NCBI GenBank assembly: GCA_030264375.1
Contig: JASCQW010000105.1
Location: forward strand, 54,742,269-54,806,268
Reading direction: 5' to 3'
Length of the DNA stretch: 64,000 bases
Source: Carcharhinus longimanus
Taxonomy: Eukaryota
This document shows positions 38,827-51,170 of the stretch, one piece after another. The translations under genes were made by a program, and so were the position numbers. The notes below the pieces were generated by a model that was not told where the DNA came from, did not search any database, and worked only from the letters and a program-made list of their open reading frames with translations. Every line of letters starts with the position of its first letter. Within the stretch, counting starts at the first letter, position 1.

Positions 38827-38994
38827 AGAGAAAAGAGCCTAACCATGAGTATTCATCAACAAACACGTGAAAGTGACAGCTGGGTTACTGATTTCCTCGT
38901 GCCTTCATGGGTCTGTTTACCAGATGATCAACCCATTTTGGTTGTTGTACATCCAGGGAACTCAGCACAGGAAATTCTTGAAGTTGCCTGTAAG
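38827..38994 (+). CDS. TIAM1: TIAM1 coding exon (Ras-binding domain, N-terminal part)
   Basis: Acceptor cctttccaacAG. Encodes REKSLTMSIHQQTRESDSWVTDFLVPSWVCLPDDQPILVVVHPGNSAQEILEVACK. Donor AAG|gtatgt. Confidence 0.93.
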
Positions 38995-41159
38995 GTATGT
39001 CCAAGATTAATTCTTCCTATACTTTCGACAAGTACTTATTAGAGGAGTTGACTACAGACAAAGTTACTTTGAAATGTAGCTGTTGGCGAAATAAAGGACC
39101 CCACAGAACTTTAAGAGATTGATTCCACAATGAAAGTATTTTATTAAAATTGAGAGCTGATTGTAAAAGCTTGATAATTATTTTTGCTTAATAAATCCTT
39201 TATTTAATTCGGTTGTTTAATATTGATTTTATTCCTCTTACTGAAATTGCTACTCTGTTCAAAGCTTTTAAATCACCTTTTGCATTATTACCTTTAAAAA
39301 CTTTTTTTCCTTCACAACAAGCAGCAACCAGCTTAATAATATCTGAAATACTCATTTATTTCCATGATTTTGATGTCCATTCCGCAACCCTGGTACGACG
39401 CCTGTTCGATTGTGTACCAGTATAATTTTGTTAGTGATTTGTATTTGTATTTATCCATGTGGTGGTTCAAAACACACAATTTCCATAGTCTGTGTTATAT
39501 AGAAAAGTGAATATCATCACTGAGCAAAGGAACATTTATCTGTATTGTATTGAATGCATTATATACTAAAGTAAATATTGTAGATCAATCCTCAGAAAGC
39601 AATCTGTACAAAAATAAAATTGTCAGTAGTAACTAGCACTGCCTGCAGTTTACGATTTCTTAAGTGCTGGGATGAAACAGAAGGTGTAATCCCAAAATCA
39701 ATGTAATTTCTTAAAGGTTTTCACTGACACAGTATTTCATAGTTTTTGTTATCCTTTAGTTTTTTTCAGCAGATTTTAACTTCTGAATGAATTTGAAATC
39801 AGCCATCAGGGAGTTTGCCACTTGTAAAATGAAGTATCTAAGAGAATAGTTCGTATTTTGTTTCACTTAATTAATTTTTTAAGCCAATTGCAATATAGTC
39901 AATGGAAAGTTTAAAGTACTTGTATCTATTTAATTTAAACAGAATGTATTTACATTTAGACAAGTTTATGATTACCAGTTAATGGTACTTCATTATTTTG
40001 GCATACAGAGTAATTCCTTATTTAAAAAAAAATCAGTCTGTGCTTCTTTTTGTTGAGGACAGTCACTTTTTTTCTTCACTTATGTGTTTGGTAACTCTTG
40101 CAGAGGGATTGATCCACAAGTGTAATTAGCCTTCTTGCCAAGTCGCAGTTAATCATGCATAACTCTAGACAGAGTCACCATGTAATTTGACCTTGAGGCT
40201 TGTCTCCAAATTATCTGTTCATGGATGTGAGCAATGTGGGTATGGCTGCATCCTGAATTGCCCTGAGAAGATGGTGGTTAGCCTGCTTGAATTGCAGAAT
40301 AGTCTGATGTCAGAAATTCCAGAAATTTGTCCCAACAGTACTGAATGAAAAATAATACCTGTTCAACTCAAGCGCTTCACTTTAAGGGAAAGCTTTGAGT
40401 TGATTTTGTTCCCATGATGTTCTAGTTCTTATCGTTCATAGTAGTTGAGATCACATAGCTTGAAGGTGCTCTTGGTAGTTGAATATGTTACTGCAGCTGT
40501 AGTGAGCTGGTGGTAAATGTGGCGGATACTGAGTCCAGTAACAGGCAAGCTAAAGCTCTATCCCGATTGGAGTTGGACTTGTATTGTTTGATCAGTATAG
40601 ACCCCTTAAGATTCTTGTTCTTGATACCAAGCAACCTGGCAAAGATCAGAGATCAAACCCAAAACATTTGTAACCAAGTATTGTAGTATGCGATGAGCTG
40701 AAAAATCATTCAAAATACAACTTAACTTCTTGTTGTACAAATGTACTATTAAAATGGTTTTTATATATATAAAAAGGTAGATGGATAGTTTTTTGAATAT
40801 ATAGAAAATGGTTAAGTTTCAAAAATGATTTGGGCAACTAAATAATGGGTTAATTCAATATTTATATTGCTGCATTCCTGTCATGATTGTGTGCAGCCAA
40901 TGCCTTAATGTTAGTCAGTGATTACATAAAAACAACTGCACAATAAAAATGGTATTTTGCTCTTTATGCTCAAGTGGATTCATTGTTATAAATATAAAAA
41001 TGATTTTCGGTTGTCTCTTAACCTTTACAGCATTTTAAAAAATCTTTTGGTCCAGATTCCAGGCTGACAAAAATAGTAAAACAATCCAACTCGATACATT
41101 TTATACACTGTTTTTATGTTTACCTATAGCTGACATTATTAAAATAAACAAAACATTAA

Positions 41160-41650
41160 GAAGAAAGCTTACACACTAGAATTGGGATAGGCCATTTGAA
41201 TTTCTCTTTATCTTCATCTTAGAAATCAGTCAAGTGAACCTTCTCTGTATTGCTTATAATGTAATTATATCCTTCATTAAGTAAGGAGACCAACACTATA
41301 CAGTAATCCAGATCGGTCTCACCAATACCCTGTATAATTTCTCTACTTTTATGTTTAATTCCCCTTGCAATAAAGGCCAGCATTCCATTTGCTTTCATCA
41401 TCACTTGCTGCAACTGCACACCAACTTGATGATTTATGTACCAGGACACCCAGATCCCTCTATGGTTATAAAGTTCTGCAATCTCTTTCCATTCAAACCA
41501 TAAACTGCTTTTCTGCCAAAGTGGGTGAGTTCACATTTTCCCATTTTTGCCCATTCAGTTAACTTAGCTGAATCCCTTTGCAAACCCTTTATCATATTGA
41601 GAGGCTACTTTCCCACTTATCTGTGTGTCATCAGCAAATTTAGCTACTTT
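41160..41650 (-). mobile_element. CR1 LINE fragment
   Basis: Minus-strand QVMMKANGMLAFIARGIKHKSRE and AKFADDTQISGKV. Confidence 0.75.
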
Positions 41651-41819
41651 TGATAACCTTCCAAGACTAGCTGCACATTCAAACTGAAGTGATGAGATGT
41701 TTGTTTCAATGTAAGGTGGACTGTGAGGGAGAAAAGCAGCATTAATAGACACAGAAGTGCAGATGCACTCAAAAATATACACAAGAATATATATGTACAG
41801 ATAATGGAAGAAAAAAACA

Positions 41820-42128
41820 TAATCATACAATCCCTACATTTCAGAAGGAGGCCATTCGGCCCATCAAGCCTGTACCAACTCTCCAAAAGAACATCCCATC
41901 TTGCCCCCCCTCCCCTGCCCTATCCCTGTGACCCCACACATTCAGTCTCCCTAATCTACACATCATGGGACAATTTATCATGGCCAATCTACCTAAGCTG
42001 TGCACCTTTGGACTGCGGATGGAATCCGGAACACCCGGAGGAAACCCATGCAGACAATGACCCAAGGCTGGAATCGAAACATGGTCTCTGATGCTATCAG
42101 GTAGCAGTGCTAACCACTGTGCCGGCCA
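41820..42128 (-). mobile_element. tRNA-derived SINE (HE1-like)
   Basis: The reverse complement begins ggccggcacagtggttagcactgctacc; CR1-like tail at 41820-41880. Confidence 0.75.
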
Positions 42129-45029
42129 CAAAAATGAACAAGGATAGATTGGTCACATTTATGTACAGCCATGAAAATATGCGTATTCAACATGAAAATA
42201 AAATTAGTTTCCTTTGGATTATCAAGATTGTGTTCTGATAAATTAGTTTTGCCCATTCTTAGAATTGTTCTTATACACTGTAAGTTATTCTCCTATTTTA
42301 TCCTCCTATTCTTAATTAGGGACAATGTGATTATTACTCAAATAATTATATAAACTTTACTCCTTAACATGTTTCTAATTTTGCTGATAGATTTGTTATA
42401 GACTTGTGATATGTGGAAATAAATGTGAAAATTTGCCATATTTTCAGACTTTAATTCAATTAATCTTCAATGTGAGAGGTGTTGTGATGAAAGCAAAGGT
42501 TATTGTAATTTTAGTCTTACTTTGTGATACAACTTTAGAGTAAGTGAAGCAACTTCAGGTAGAATGCACTTTTTAAAAGATCTATACTGCAATTGTTAGG
42601 GTAGAGGTAATGTTTCAGAAGGGTGGAGGTTGTAGTTTATTCATCACCATGCCATAAATGCAGTTTTTCTGAATATCACTAAAAATACTATCTTCCGAGT
42701 CCAAACAATTTAGGTTAAGTTGAAATATGCCTGTTAAGGTTTATATCATCATCAGCCGCACATCTATTGTGTATGCATATTTTGTCATTTATGGCTGTAT
42801 TCATTAAGTATACAAATGTGAATATAGTTTATGAATTGTTCCAATGCCTTCTTCCACTTTATAACTTCTTGTTACCTGTGTTTTCTCTCCTGTCTCCTGC
42901 ATCAGCTCATGCACATTTACCTTTTTGTTTGATCTGCATCTTCTCACTTCAAATCACAATGTGAGTTAAGAANNNNNNNNNNACAGTAGTATGATTCAGA
43001 TGTTAAGTAATCAAGCGTTTCATTACAGAGTTTTAAGAATCGGACAATCCTATTTTAAAGTACCCTTTTAAGTCATTTGTGGGGCAAGGGATGTGGATGG
43101 GGGAAACACCCACCTGTGACAATGGTTTCCAAATTTTTGTATGTAGCTGGATAATTAATGTCACTGAAGTAAGTGCATAAGTATTGAGTCTTTTCATTTA
43201 TTAAATCAACTTGAGTACTTTTAAAAGCCTGCAATGAAATTTAGGATACTGAATAGTTAACTTCACTAGATGCACTAAAACATTTCTGGCAAATGTTTTT
43301 CATATTATTAAATTTTTTTTCATTACTTAACCCTTTAACCATTTGCCGCATATCCTTAGTAGGTCACTTTGGAAATATAACTCATCTTCTCTGAAGTTGT
43401 ATACATAAATGATAGTTTAATATTTCCTTTATTTATATATTGTGCAAAGATTTGCCTCAATTATTTTTATAGCATTTTGCTGCTTTTTTGGTCAGCTGCA
43501 TTGTTATTTACTCTTGTTAGGAAAGCTAGGATGTGGAAGGTCTCAGTTTCGGAACTAATGAAAAATACTGTGAAAACTTTTGATTAACTTGCTTGTTTTG
43601 ATTTGTACAAAAAAAAATCATTAAGTGCATCATTTAACTAGATTTCAAAATCTTAATACCTAGTTAAGAGAGAGTGCCATCAAATCAAATAGTCTAATGT
43701 AACTGCCTGCTAAGACAAAATTGATCTAGAGCAGCAGAATGAGGCAAATTAGTGCTAATGGTTTGCTACACTTGGTATCCCATGTTTCAGAAATGCCTGC
43801 TGAGCACTATGAAATGAGCATGGAACAAAGCAATAGTTAAAAGATATCCAGCTATGTAATATTGCTGTGGGAATAATATGAAAAAAAACCTCATCTTCAA
43901 TAGAATTCATTCTTCATCCTATTGCATTCCAGATTCTTAGGATATTTTTAGGATTCTCGCACACTTTTGTGATTCTTTTGATTAAGTATTTATTTAATAC
44001 GATTGCAATTGGGACAAAATTTAAGTAAGCATTATTGTAGGAGATGTTCAAAGTTGTTAAATGCATTAAATGTTTAGAATATCACATGTTCTTTTTGGCC
44101 TTGTGCTATCTTTTTTGAGACAGTAGATTATATTTGGGAAACCACATTTAACTATTATTTGCTTCTGGCACACTAGTATCCCTGAACTTGAGTAAAATCA
44201 AAACAATGCTCCTTGTGGATGGGAGAATCATTTTATTTCTAAATTGTGTATTTATATTTGAATATTTTGTTTAAATAAAATAACTGAGTTATTTATTAAT
44301 TTCACAAGCAACCAAGTAAATGGCTCTCTGCGTTAAATTTTTACCTATCTTTGGAGGGGAAGGTCAGCAAAAGAAACAAAGAGTTAACTTTAATTTCTGA
44401 GTCATAGTTGATTGGGTTGATGACTATAGAAGCTAGCTATTGCTCCCAATTCATAGAAACTAGCTTGTATCCTTTTATTTATAGCGAGTACAGGTTTTCA
44501 GACTTCCATGAATTTAATGAGTTTTCATGATGCATTTGTACTTACCTTTTTGTGGCAATTATTGATTCTCAGGATGCCAATAGTTTCATTTGAGTTGATG
44601 TTGCATCATATGATCTAGTGTGCTTTGAACTCAATTTTGTGCAAATGTCAAACATAATTTTCAAAAAGAGTATGTAGTGCAGCTGGGCATCAAAAACTTC
44701 CTTTAATGTAAATCTTTAAATAGTATGCAAATAACAAAGCTTTTTCATGAAAATATAATACCATTGCTTAACGATCACACACAACTTTAGACAATATGGA
44801 TTTATTTCCCTTTCATGCCTGAGAATTTTAGTGCATTAGAACACACATGAGGAACAAATTTATTCTCAAATTTCATAGGTTTGAAGACTGACAGTGAAAT
44901 CTTAATGAACTGTATGTTTGTTTAACTTATTTGCATTCTAATACTTGAGTGTTGTCAGCTCAAATCAAAATACTGAAAGGTGACCAGTTACGGTTAATAA
45001 AGGAGTGGGGAGGAGTGAGAAAGGAGATT

Positions 45030-45850
45030 TATGAAGATGTTGCCAGGACTGGAAAATTTTAGCGCTGAGGAAAGATTGGAGAGGCTGGATAAAAACAAAT
45101 TTATTGCAGATGCTAGAACCTGAAACAAAAGAACAGAGAATGCTGGAAAATCTTAGCAGGTCTGACATAGAATCACTAAAGTTCTACAGTGCACAGGGAA
45201 TCCATTCAGCCCATCGCATCTGCCCTCACTCTCTGAAAATGTATCTTATCCAGCTCCCATCCTGTAACCCCACATATTTACAATGGTTAATCCACTAAAC
45301 TACACATCTTTGGACACTAAGGGGCAATTTAGCATGGCCAATTCACCTAAACTGCACATCTTTAGACTGATGAAGAGTTATCCAGACTTGGAACATTAGC
45401 TCTGTTCTTTCTTTGCAGATGCTCTCAGACATGCTGAGATTTTCCAACATTTTCTGTGATTGTGTTGGATAAGCTGGAGTTGTTTTCTTTGGAACAGAAG
45501 AGGCACAAAGGAGACTTGATTACAGTATATTAAATAATGAGGGGCCTAAATAGAGTGGATAGCAAAGACTTACTTCATTTGGTAGAGAGGTCTAAAATTA
45601 GGGTGTGTAAATTTAAAGTAATTATAGAAAGATTAAAAAGAAGTTGAGAATTTTTTTCACCCAGAGGGTGAACACTGCCTGAAAGGGTGTCGAGGCAGAA
45701 ACTCTCATTGCGTTTAGAAAGTATTTGGTTATGCACTTGAAGTGCTGTGATTGACCAAGCTATAGATCAAGAACTAGAAGGTGGGATTGGGCTGGATAAG
45801 TTTTCTTTGGCCAGCAAAGGCATGGTGGACCTAATGGCCTTCTGTATTGC
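45030..45850 (+). mobile_element. CR1 3' fragment containing a nested Penelope-derived element and a SINE piece
   Basis: CR1 at 45030-45092 and 45465-45850. Inverted Penelope-type ends at about 45100-45166 and 45367-45456. SINE 3' half (- strand) at about 45167-45366. Confidence 0.7.
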
Positions 45851-46175
45851 AACTGTCTCTGAGATCAAGATATTTTCTACTTGTGTTACTATTCTCACCC
45901 TTTTCTATATTACCTAATAAAGTCCACGTAGCAAAGGAGTTTGCAAACAGTTTCTTTTCCTACAATCACCTATTCAGAACAGTATTGGACCACAGAAGTT
46001 GTATAGAACGTGTAATGGAGCTAAGTAGTCTCAAGTATTTTTTCAGTGTATTTTGCAGTATGCATGAAATTATTTAAAAAATTGAATATTAGTCATTATG
46101 TTTCCATTAACCCTGGAACAGGAGGGTTTTTAAAAATTCTACACTTATAAATTTCTAGTGTTTTATATTTTGTAG

Positions 46176-46277
46176 GTACAAAATTTGGAGCCAAGTGATC
46201 ACTATGTGCGTTTGAAGTTTACAGTGGACAATCACATTCAATATTTTATACCAAAGCAAGAGGATATTCATGAACTG
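46176..46277 (+). CDS. TIAM1: TIAM1 coding exon (Ras-binding domain, C-terminal part)
   Basis: Acceptor tattttgtAG. Encodes VQNLEPSDHYVRLKFTVDNHIQYFIPKQEDIHEL (human THQLDHSAHYLRLKFLIENKMQLYVPQPEEDIYEL). Donor CTG|gtaggt. Absent from the ORF track. Confidence 0.9.
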
Positions 46278-47684
46278 GTAGGTAACCTGAGTCTAGGTTT
46301 ACACAACTGCGGAATGGTTATCAGCAATTTATGATTATGTGCAGATGAGAGTTCTTGACAATGTGGCATGCAAATTTTGAATCATAGAAATATTACAGGA
46401 ATAAAGGTTTTCTTTGTCATTGATTAAATTCTAAGAATATTAAACCAAGGAACGTTTGGAAACCTATTTATTATCTGCCATATTTAGTTTTTTTAACTTT
46501 AGTTGTGTGTATATCCCACAAAAAAGTCACTGATGAACAAATGACTTTTTAATGAAACATTGTTACTAGTCTGTTTTGATTATGAACCCTATCTTCTCAC
46601 CTTTGTCTTGTTTTTGAGTCTTTAAGACCAAGACCAAGATCAAAATCAATTGGTATAAGAGGGAAGGTGCTCATTTAAAGAAGAAATACATGGTTACTCC
46701 ATTCCCTATGGAAGGGAACAACTTAAAAAAAGAGTCCCTCATCTTCAGGGTTTGAGCCAGGATTTAGAGCCTCATTCCTCAGGTGACTCTCACCTGAGCC
46801 ATTTGAATTGCTTGTTTGCCTGTTTTGGCATTTGAATGCTGATCCTGCCCTGATCTACTATTAGGTCAGGAATGTGGGAACTTCCAGTGTAGGTATTCAA
46901 AGGCTCTTAGTCAACTAGCTATGTGAGGGGTGAGTGTAAGCTTCTTTGCTGACCAGGCTCAGAAAAATACCACCCTTGAAGTCGGATGCAGCATATGGCT
47001 GCAGCTTAATTTCAAGCCCTTCTTCTGCAATCCAGCTGGAGTGAGTTCCCTGATTTCTTTGAATGTTTTGCAGTGCAAGGCTGTGGTCGACTATAAAATG
47101 ATAGCACTTTGATGCTGGAGTTGAAATGATATTAATGGGAGATGTATGTTGTGTCAAGCATGGATTGAGGTCAAAATTATTCAGTTCTCTTTCTCCACCT
47201 AGTATGAAGTATGAAGAAAAGCACACTAAACAATGTCAAGTGCTATCAAGTAGGTGCAGGAAACATGCCCTGAAGATTGATCTGTGTAGATTCTATTGGA
47301 ATTTTTCTAGAACGGATGGGATGCAATGTTGTAAAACAATGGAATGTGTTTGCTTTCTGTTACTTTTATATTTAGCTTTTATATTTTGAGAGATACCTAT
47401 CCAATAGGTTTTGTTGGTTATATAAGTTATATGAATAAATCTGAAAACAAGAGTCCAGATGAGGATGGTTTAAAAAATTAAATTTAGAAATGATTGTCTT
47501 GACAATGCTAATTTTGGAAGATGTTCATTTGATATTCATGTATAATTTCCAGCAGTAAATTAGATAACCTATAACATTAGAAATTTATGTTCATTAAATG
47601 CGCATTGATAAATACTTCAATTGTAATTATTCTGAAGCAGTTTCTCTCTGTTTTGAAATTGACAAAAATATTTTGTTTTCTCAG

Positions 47685-47763
47685 TTATACCAAGAAATTG
47701 AAATTTGTCCTAAAGTTATTCATCGTGTTCAGTTTGACAAGTCTGATACTTCTGTTAGTTATG
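47685..47763 (+). CDS. TIAM1: TIAM1 coding exon (RBD end, PDZ start)
   Basis: Acceptor tttgttttctcAG. Encodes LYQEIEICPKVIHRVQFDKSDTSVSY+G. Donor G|gtaaga, phase 1. Confidence 0.93.
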
Positions 47764-48576
47764 GTAAGACTGTGCAAAATGCTGAAATATAAATAAATGT
47801 ATGCACAGATTTCCACAAATATTTCTATTCATCAATTGTGATTTTATTTTGCTTTGTTATTTTGGTAGCATTGGCAACCTGCTTTAAAAGAAAATATGAA
47901 ATTTTCCTAACATTTGTGCAAGTGGTCCACGTTGCAAAATTCTTAAGACAGTCAGAGGCTGAGTTATTTGTTTCAATGTGACTTTGAGATCATGATATGA
48001 TTAGAGGCTCGGCTATATACAATGTAAATTGAAATTGTATAATTTATCTCCACTGATTTTGTGCAAAAATGCCTCCTGGTTGTTTTGTTAAAATGCTTGA
48101 ACTGTTTGATTTTTGAAAGCAAACATTGACTTTGAATTAACTGGAGTAGACAACAGTGTTGATCATATTTTCCTACAACATTTTTCCCCTGGAATTTTTG
48201 GTTTGCCCATTTACTGGCCAGCCAGATTCTTCTTCTGTAAGAACAGGAAGTATGCTGCCAGAACCCAGCCAGCTTGCTTGCTGAGTTGTATTTGCTTACT
48301 TCAAGGTATTTGGCACTAACTTGGAAATAACTTCTTAGTTTCTTCCCTTACTCTGGACTGAGATTCGATCTTTAGTAGGGATTAAGCTTGTGTCCCTAGT
48401 CTTCCAATATCCACTGTGTTCCTGTCTATCACACCACTTGCTTTCAACTTTGGAATTAAGTATTAGTAGCATTAGTTGCTACATGTTAGTATATTAGTTT
48501 ATAATAATGTAATTGTATACTTTGAAAGAATAGTAGTTTATTTCAAGGCGATCAGATACTGGACACCTTCAGACAT

Positions 48577-48872
48577 GATGCCAGCGTTGGACTGGGGTAA
48601 ACACAGTAAGAAGTCTGACAACACCAGGTTTAAGTCCAACCAATTTATTCGATAGTAAACNNNNNNNNNNNNNNNNNNNNNNNNNNNNNNNNNNNNNNNN
48701 NNNNNNNNNNNNNNNNNNNNNNNNNNNNNNNNNNNNNNNNNNNNNNNNNNNNNNNNNNNNAAGAAGTCTGACAACACCAGGTTTAAGTCCAACCAATTTA
48801 TTCGATAGTAAACTCAAATAACTATCAAATAAATTGGCTGGACTTAAACCTGGTGTTGTTAGACTTCTTACT
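48577..48872. mobile_element. Fold-back Penelope-derived mini-element with a 12-bp target-site duplication
   Basis: accttcagacat at 48565-48576 and 48873-48884. 52-bp inverted arms with 3 mismatches and an 11-nt loop. Arms are homologous to 1718-1766. Confidence 0.75.
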
Positions 48873-48974
48873 ACCTTCAGACATCCCATTCATGGCTAAT
48901 TAATTGACGTGTGGACCTTGACTTTTTAATTTATTTTTTATTTGTTTGTGAAACGTAAACACTGTACAAACACA

Positions 48975-49767
48975 ATAACATTCACTCCAGCAGGGTTTGC
49001 CATACCTTCCTGCAAGCGGGGAGCTGATGGTCTGACCCTGTTGGAGTGAAGGACGGCCATGAAGGCCTTGCCCCCAAAGTGTCGGGGAAATGGGTGGGTA
49101 CTCCCTTGACTTTGCTAATTTGGCATTGCCACCCTGGCCCCTTGACACTCCCCAAGGGGCAAAATGGCAATGCCCAGGAGGCACTGTGGCACTCCCCACC
49201 AGGCATTGGGCAGTGACAAGGGGGTGGAGCCTCATTGCGGAGGGGCCTATAGGGGCAGGGCCCCTGGGGGTGATTGGTGGGGGAGGTGGGTCCCGCAGCC
49301 ACTCTGCACTCAGTGGCGACAGAGGCAGGGAGACCAGCGATTTGGGGCTGACCACCAGGGTTGAGGGGGATTGGGGGAGGGTCAAGGCAGCTTGGGTGTA
49401 GGGGTGGTGAGTTGGGGCTGGCCTAGACATGTCTGAGAGCACAGTGATTAAAGGGTGGGAGGGTCAGAAGGGTAGCATTGCGAGATTGTGGGGCAATTGG
49501 GAGGCCAGCAATGTGAAACTGCTGCACATGTGCCAATCTTGGCGCTGTCAGATCGGTGCATGCACAGTGGCCCATTTAGCGCTATCAAGTCAGCCTCTCC
49601 AGCAGGTATAGGCCCGCCCCCTGATTTTTAATGAGATTCATGCTGGGGCTCTCAATGATGCACAAGTGTGAGAGCTTAATTTTGTAAATCCCACTGAAAA
49701 AAAAGTGATTTACTCCAGTTTTTACACACATTCAAAACTTAGAGTTTTTTTGGAAAAATCCCACCCC
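48975..49767. mobile_element. GC-rich Harbinger-type MITE, same family and orientation as 2614-3313
   Basis: Shared motifs (cccaaggggcaaaatggcaatgcc, cagcctctccagc...aggcccgcccc, tttactccagtttttacac) and terminus ggaaaaatcccaccc. Confidence 0.6.
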
Positions 49768-51170
49768 ATGTTTTTTTGATTTGGGTGAAGGGAATACTTT
49801 ACCTCAAATTGCTATTAGTCAAGTTATTAGCAATTAACAATATAAAGGGATATTGGGAAATAGAGTACCAGTTACAACGCTGTGGTTTCCATAATTCTTT
49901 ATAGCAGAAGAAAAAATAACCACTATGTGGTGCTGCAGAATAATTGTCTCAATTATGAGCGCTTTAGTTATCAACATTGAACAAGAAAGAAGAACTGAAT
50001 TTTAAACTTTAAAATACAAGTGGTCTCCAGTTTAGTTATTCAAAAAATATCAGTTGATTTGTGGTGCACTAATTCATATGTTAGCTGTGCTAGCATGAAT
50101 TGCTGAGTAATGCCGACTTCAGGAATTCCGCAGTTAAGAGCGGGGAAAATCAGTCGAGGTTCTATCCCTGTTTGTAAAATTTTAAGGTTTCGAGTATAAA
50201 ACTTCTGATTAAAATCTCTAAGTTCCAAATTCCTAATTTGGTACTTAGAGATTTAACACTAAACACTAACTTAACACTAGGGCCCTCTGTTGTACCTGAT
50301 TGAATAAGGTACGACTAACTCGTACTTATGAATTCAGTAGAAATTATTAAACAACATTTGCATATACTTAACTAAAAACAGCGAAGCAGCATGGAGGTTC
50401 TTGTCCCTCAACACTGATCTTTTGCTTTAATTCCCCAAATCCTTGATTCTGAGATCAGAATTTCTATCTGGATTGGAAGAGTTTGTTTTGAGTCAGTGAG
50501 TGAACAACTAAGTGAGAAGAATAATGCATTAACAATCCTTGTTTCCTCTTTCCAATTTGATTGTGAATGTTTCAAATGTTAAATGGGATATTGGAATCCC
50601 GCAGTATTGATGACGTGGTTGCTGGAACTGACTTCTGCAGGCAGAGTGGTTCATTGTTCGGGCAGTTGCCGGAACTAACTGTTGGGGGGTGGAGGATGAC
50701 AACGTTCCGGGAGAAGTGGCATACTGGTAATGATTGGATCTCTTTGTCCTCTCAAAGCAGTGTTTGGGAGGAAGTGGAGTGCTGGTAATGATTGTTTTGA
50801 GGGAGCAAAGAGACCCAGTGTTTGGGGGGAAGTGGGGAGGTGGGTGCTGGCACTGATTGCTGGGGGGGAGGAGAGTTGCCAGCACTGGATCTGAGTCTGA
50901 ACTTGGGGGGGTGGGGCGGGGGAGAGCCAATTTTGATCGGGGTCATGAAGGGGAGTCCCTCAGACCTCTGTGGTGGGCTGGGGGGCAATTTATTCATGTT
51001 CTGATCAGAATGCCCTTTGCACATGGCACCCCGATTTTAATGAAGCCAGGCTTTGCCAGTGTGTTTAAGCCCCAAAGCCCTATATGACAACATGAAACAC
51101 ACCCAACTATTTCTTTGTGACTGTGAGATCTGGAGAGAAAACTGATGTGTTTCTCTGGCGACAAACACTC

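Noticed and set aside
46278-46287. Tandem donor gtag-gtaacc
   Set aside because: Use of the second GT would shift the frame by 4 nt. This arrangement is common and there is no evidence of use.
48608-48813. 53-bp direct repeat either side of a gap
   Set aside because: Identical copies abut the gap, so this is most likely an unmerged contig overlap rather than a tandem or CRISPR-like repeat.
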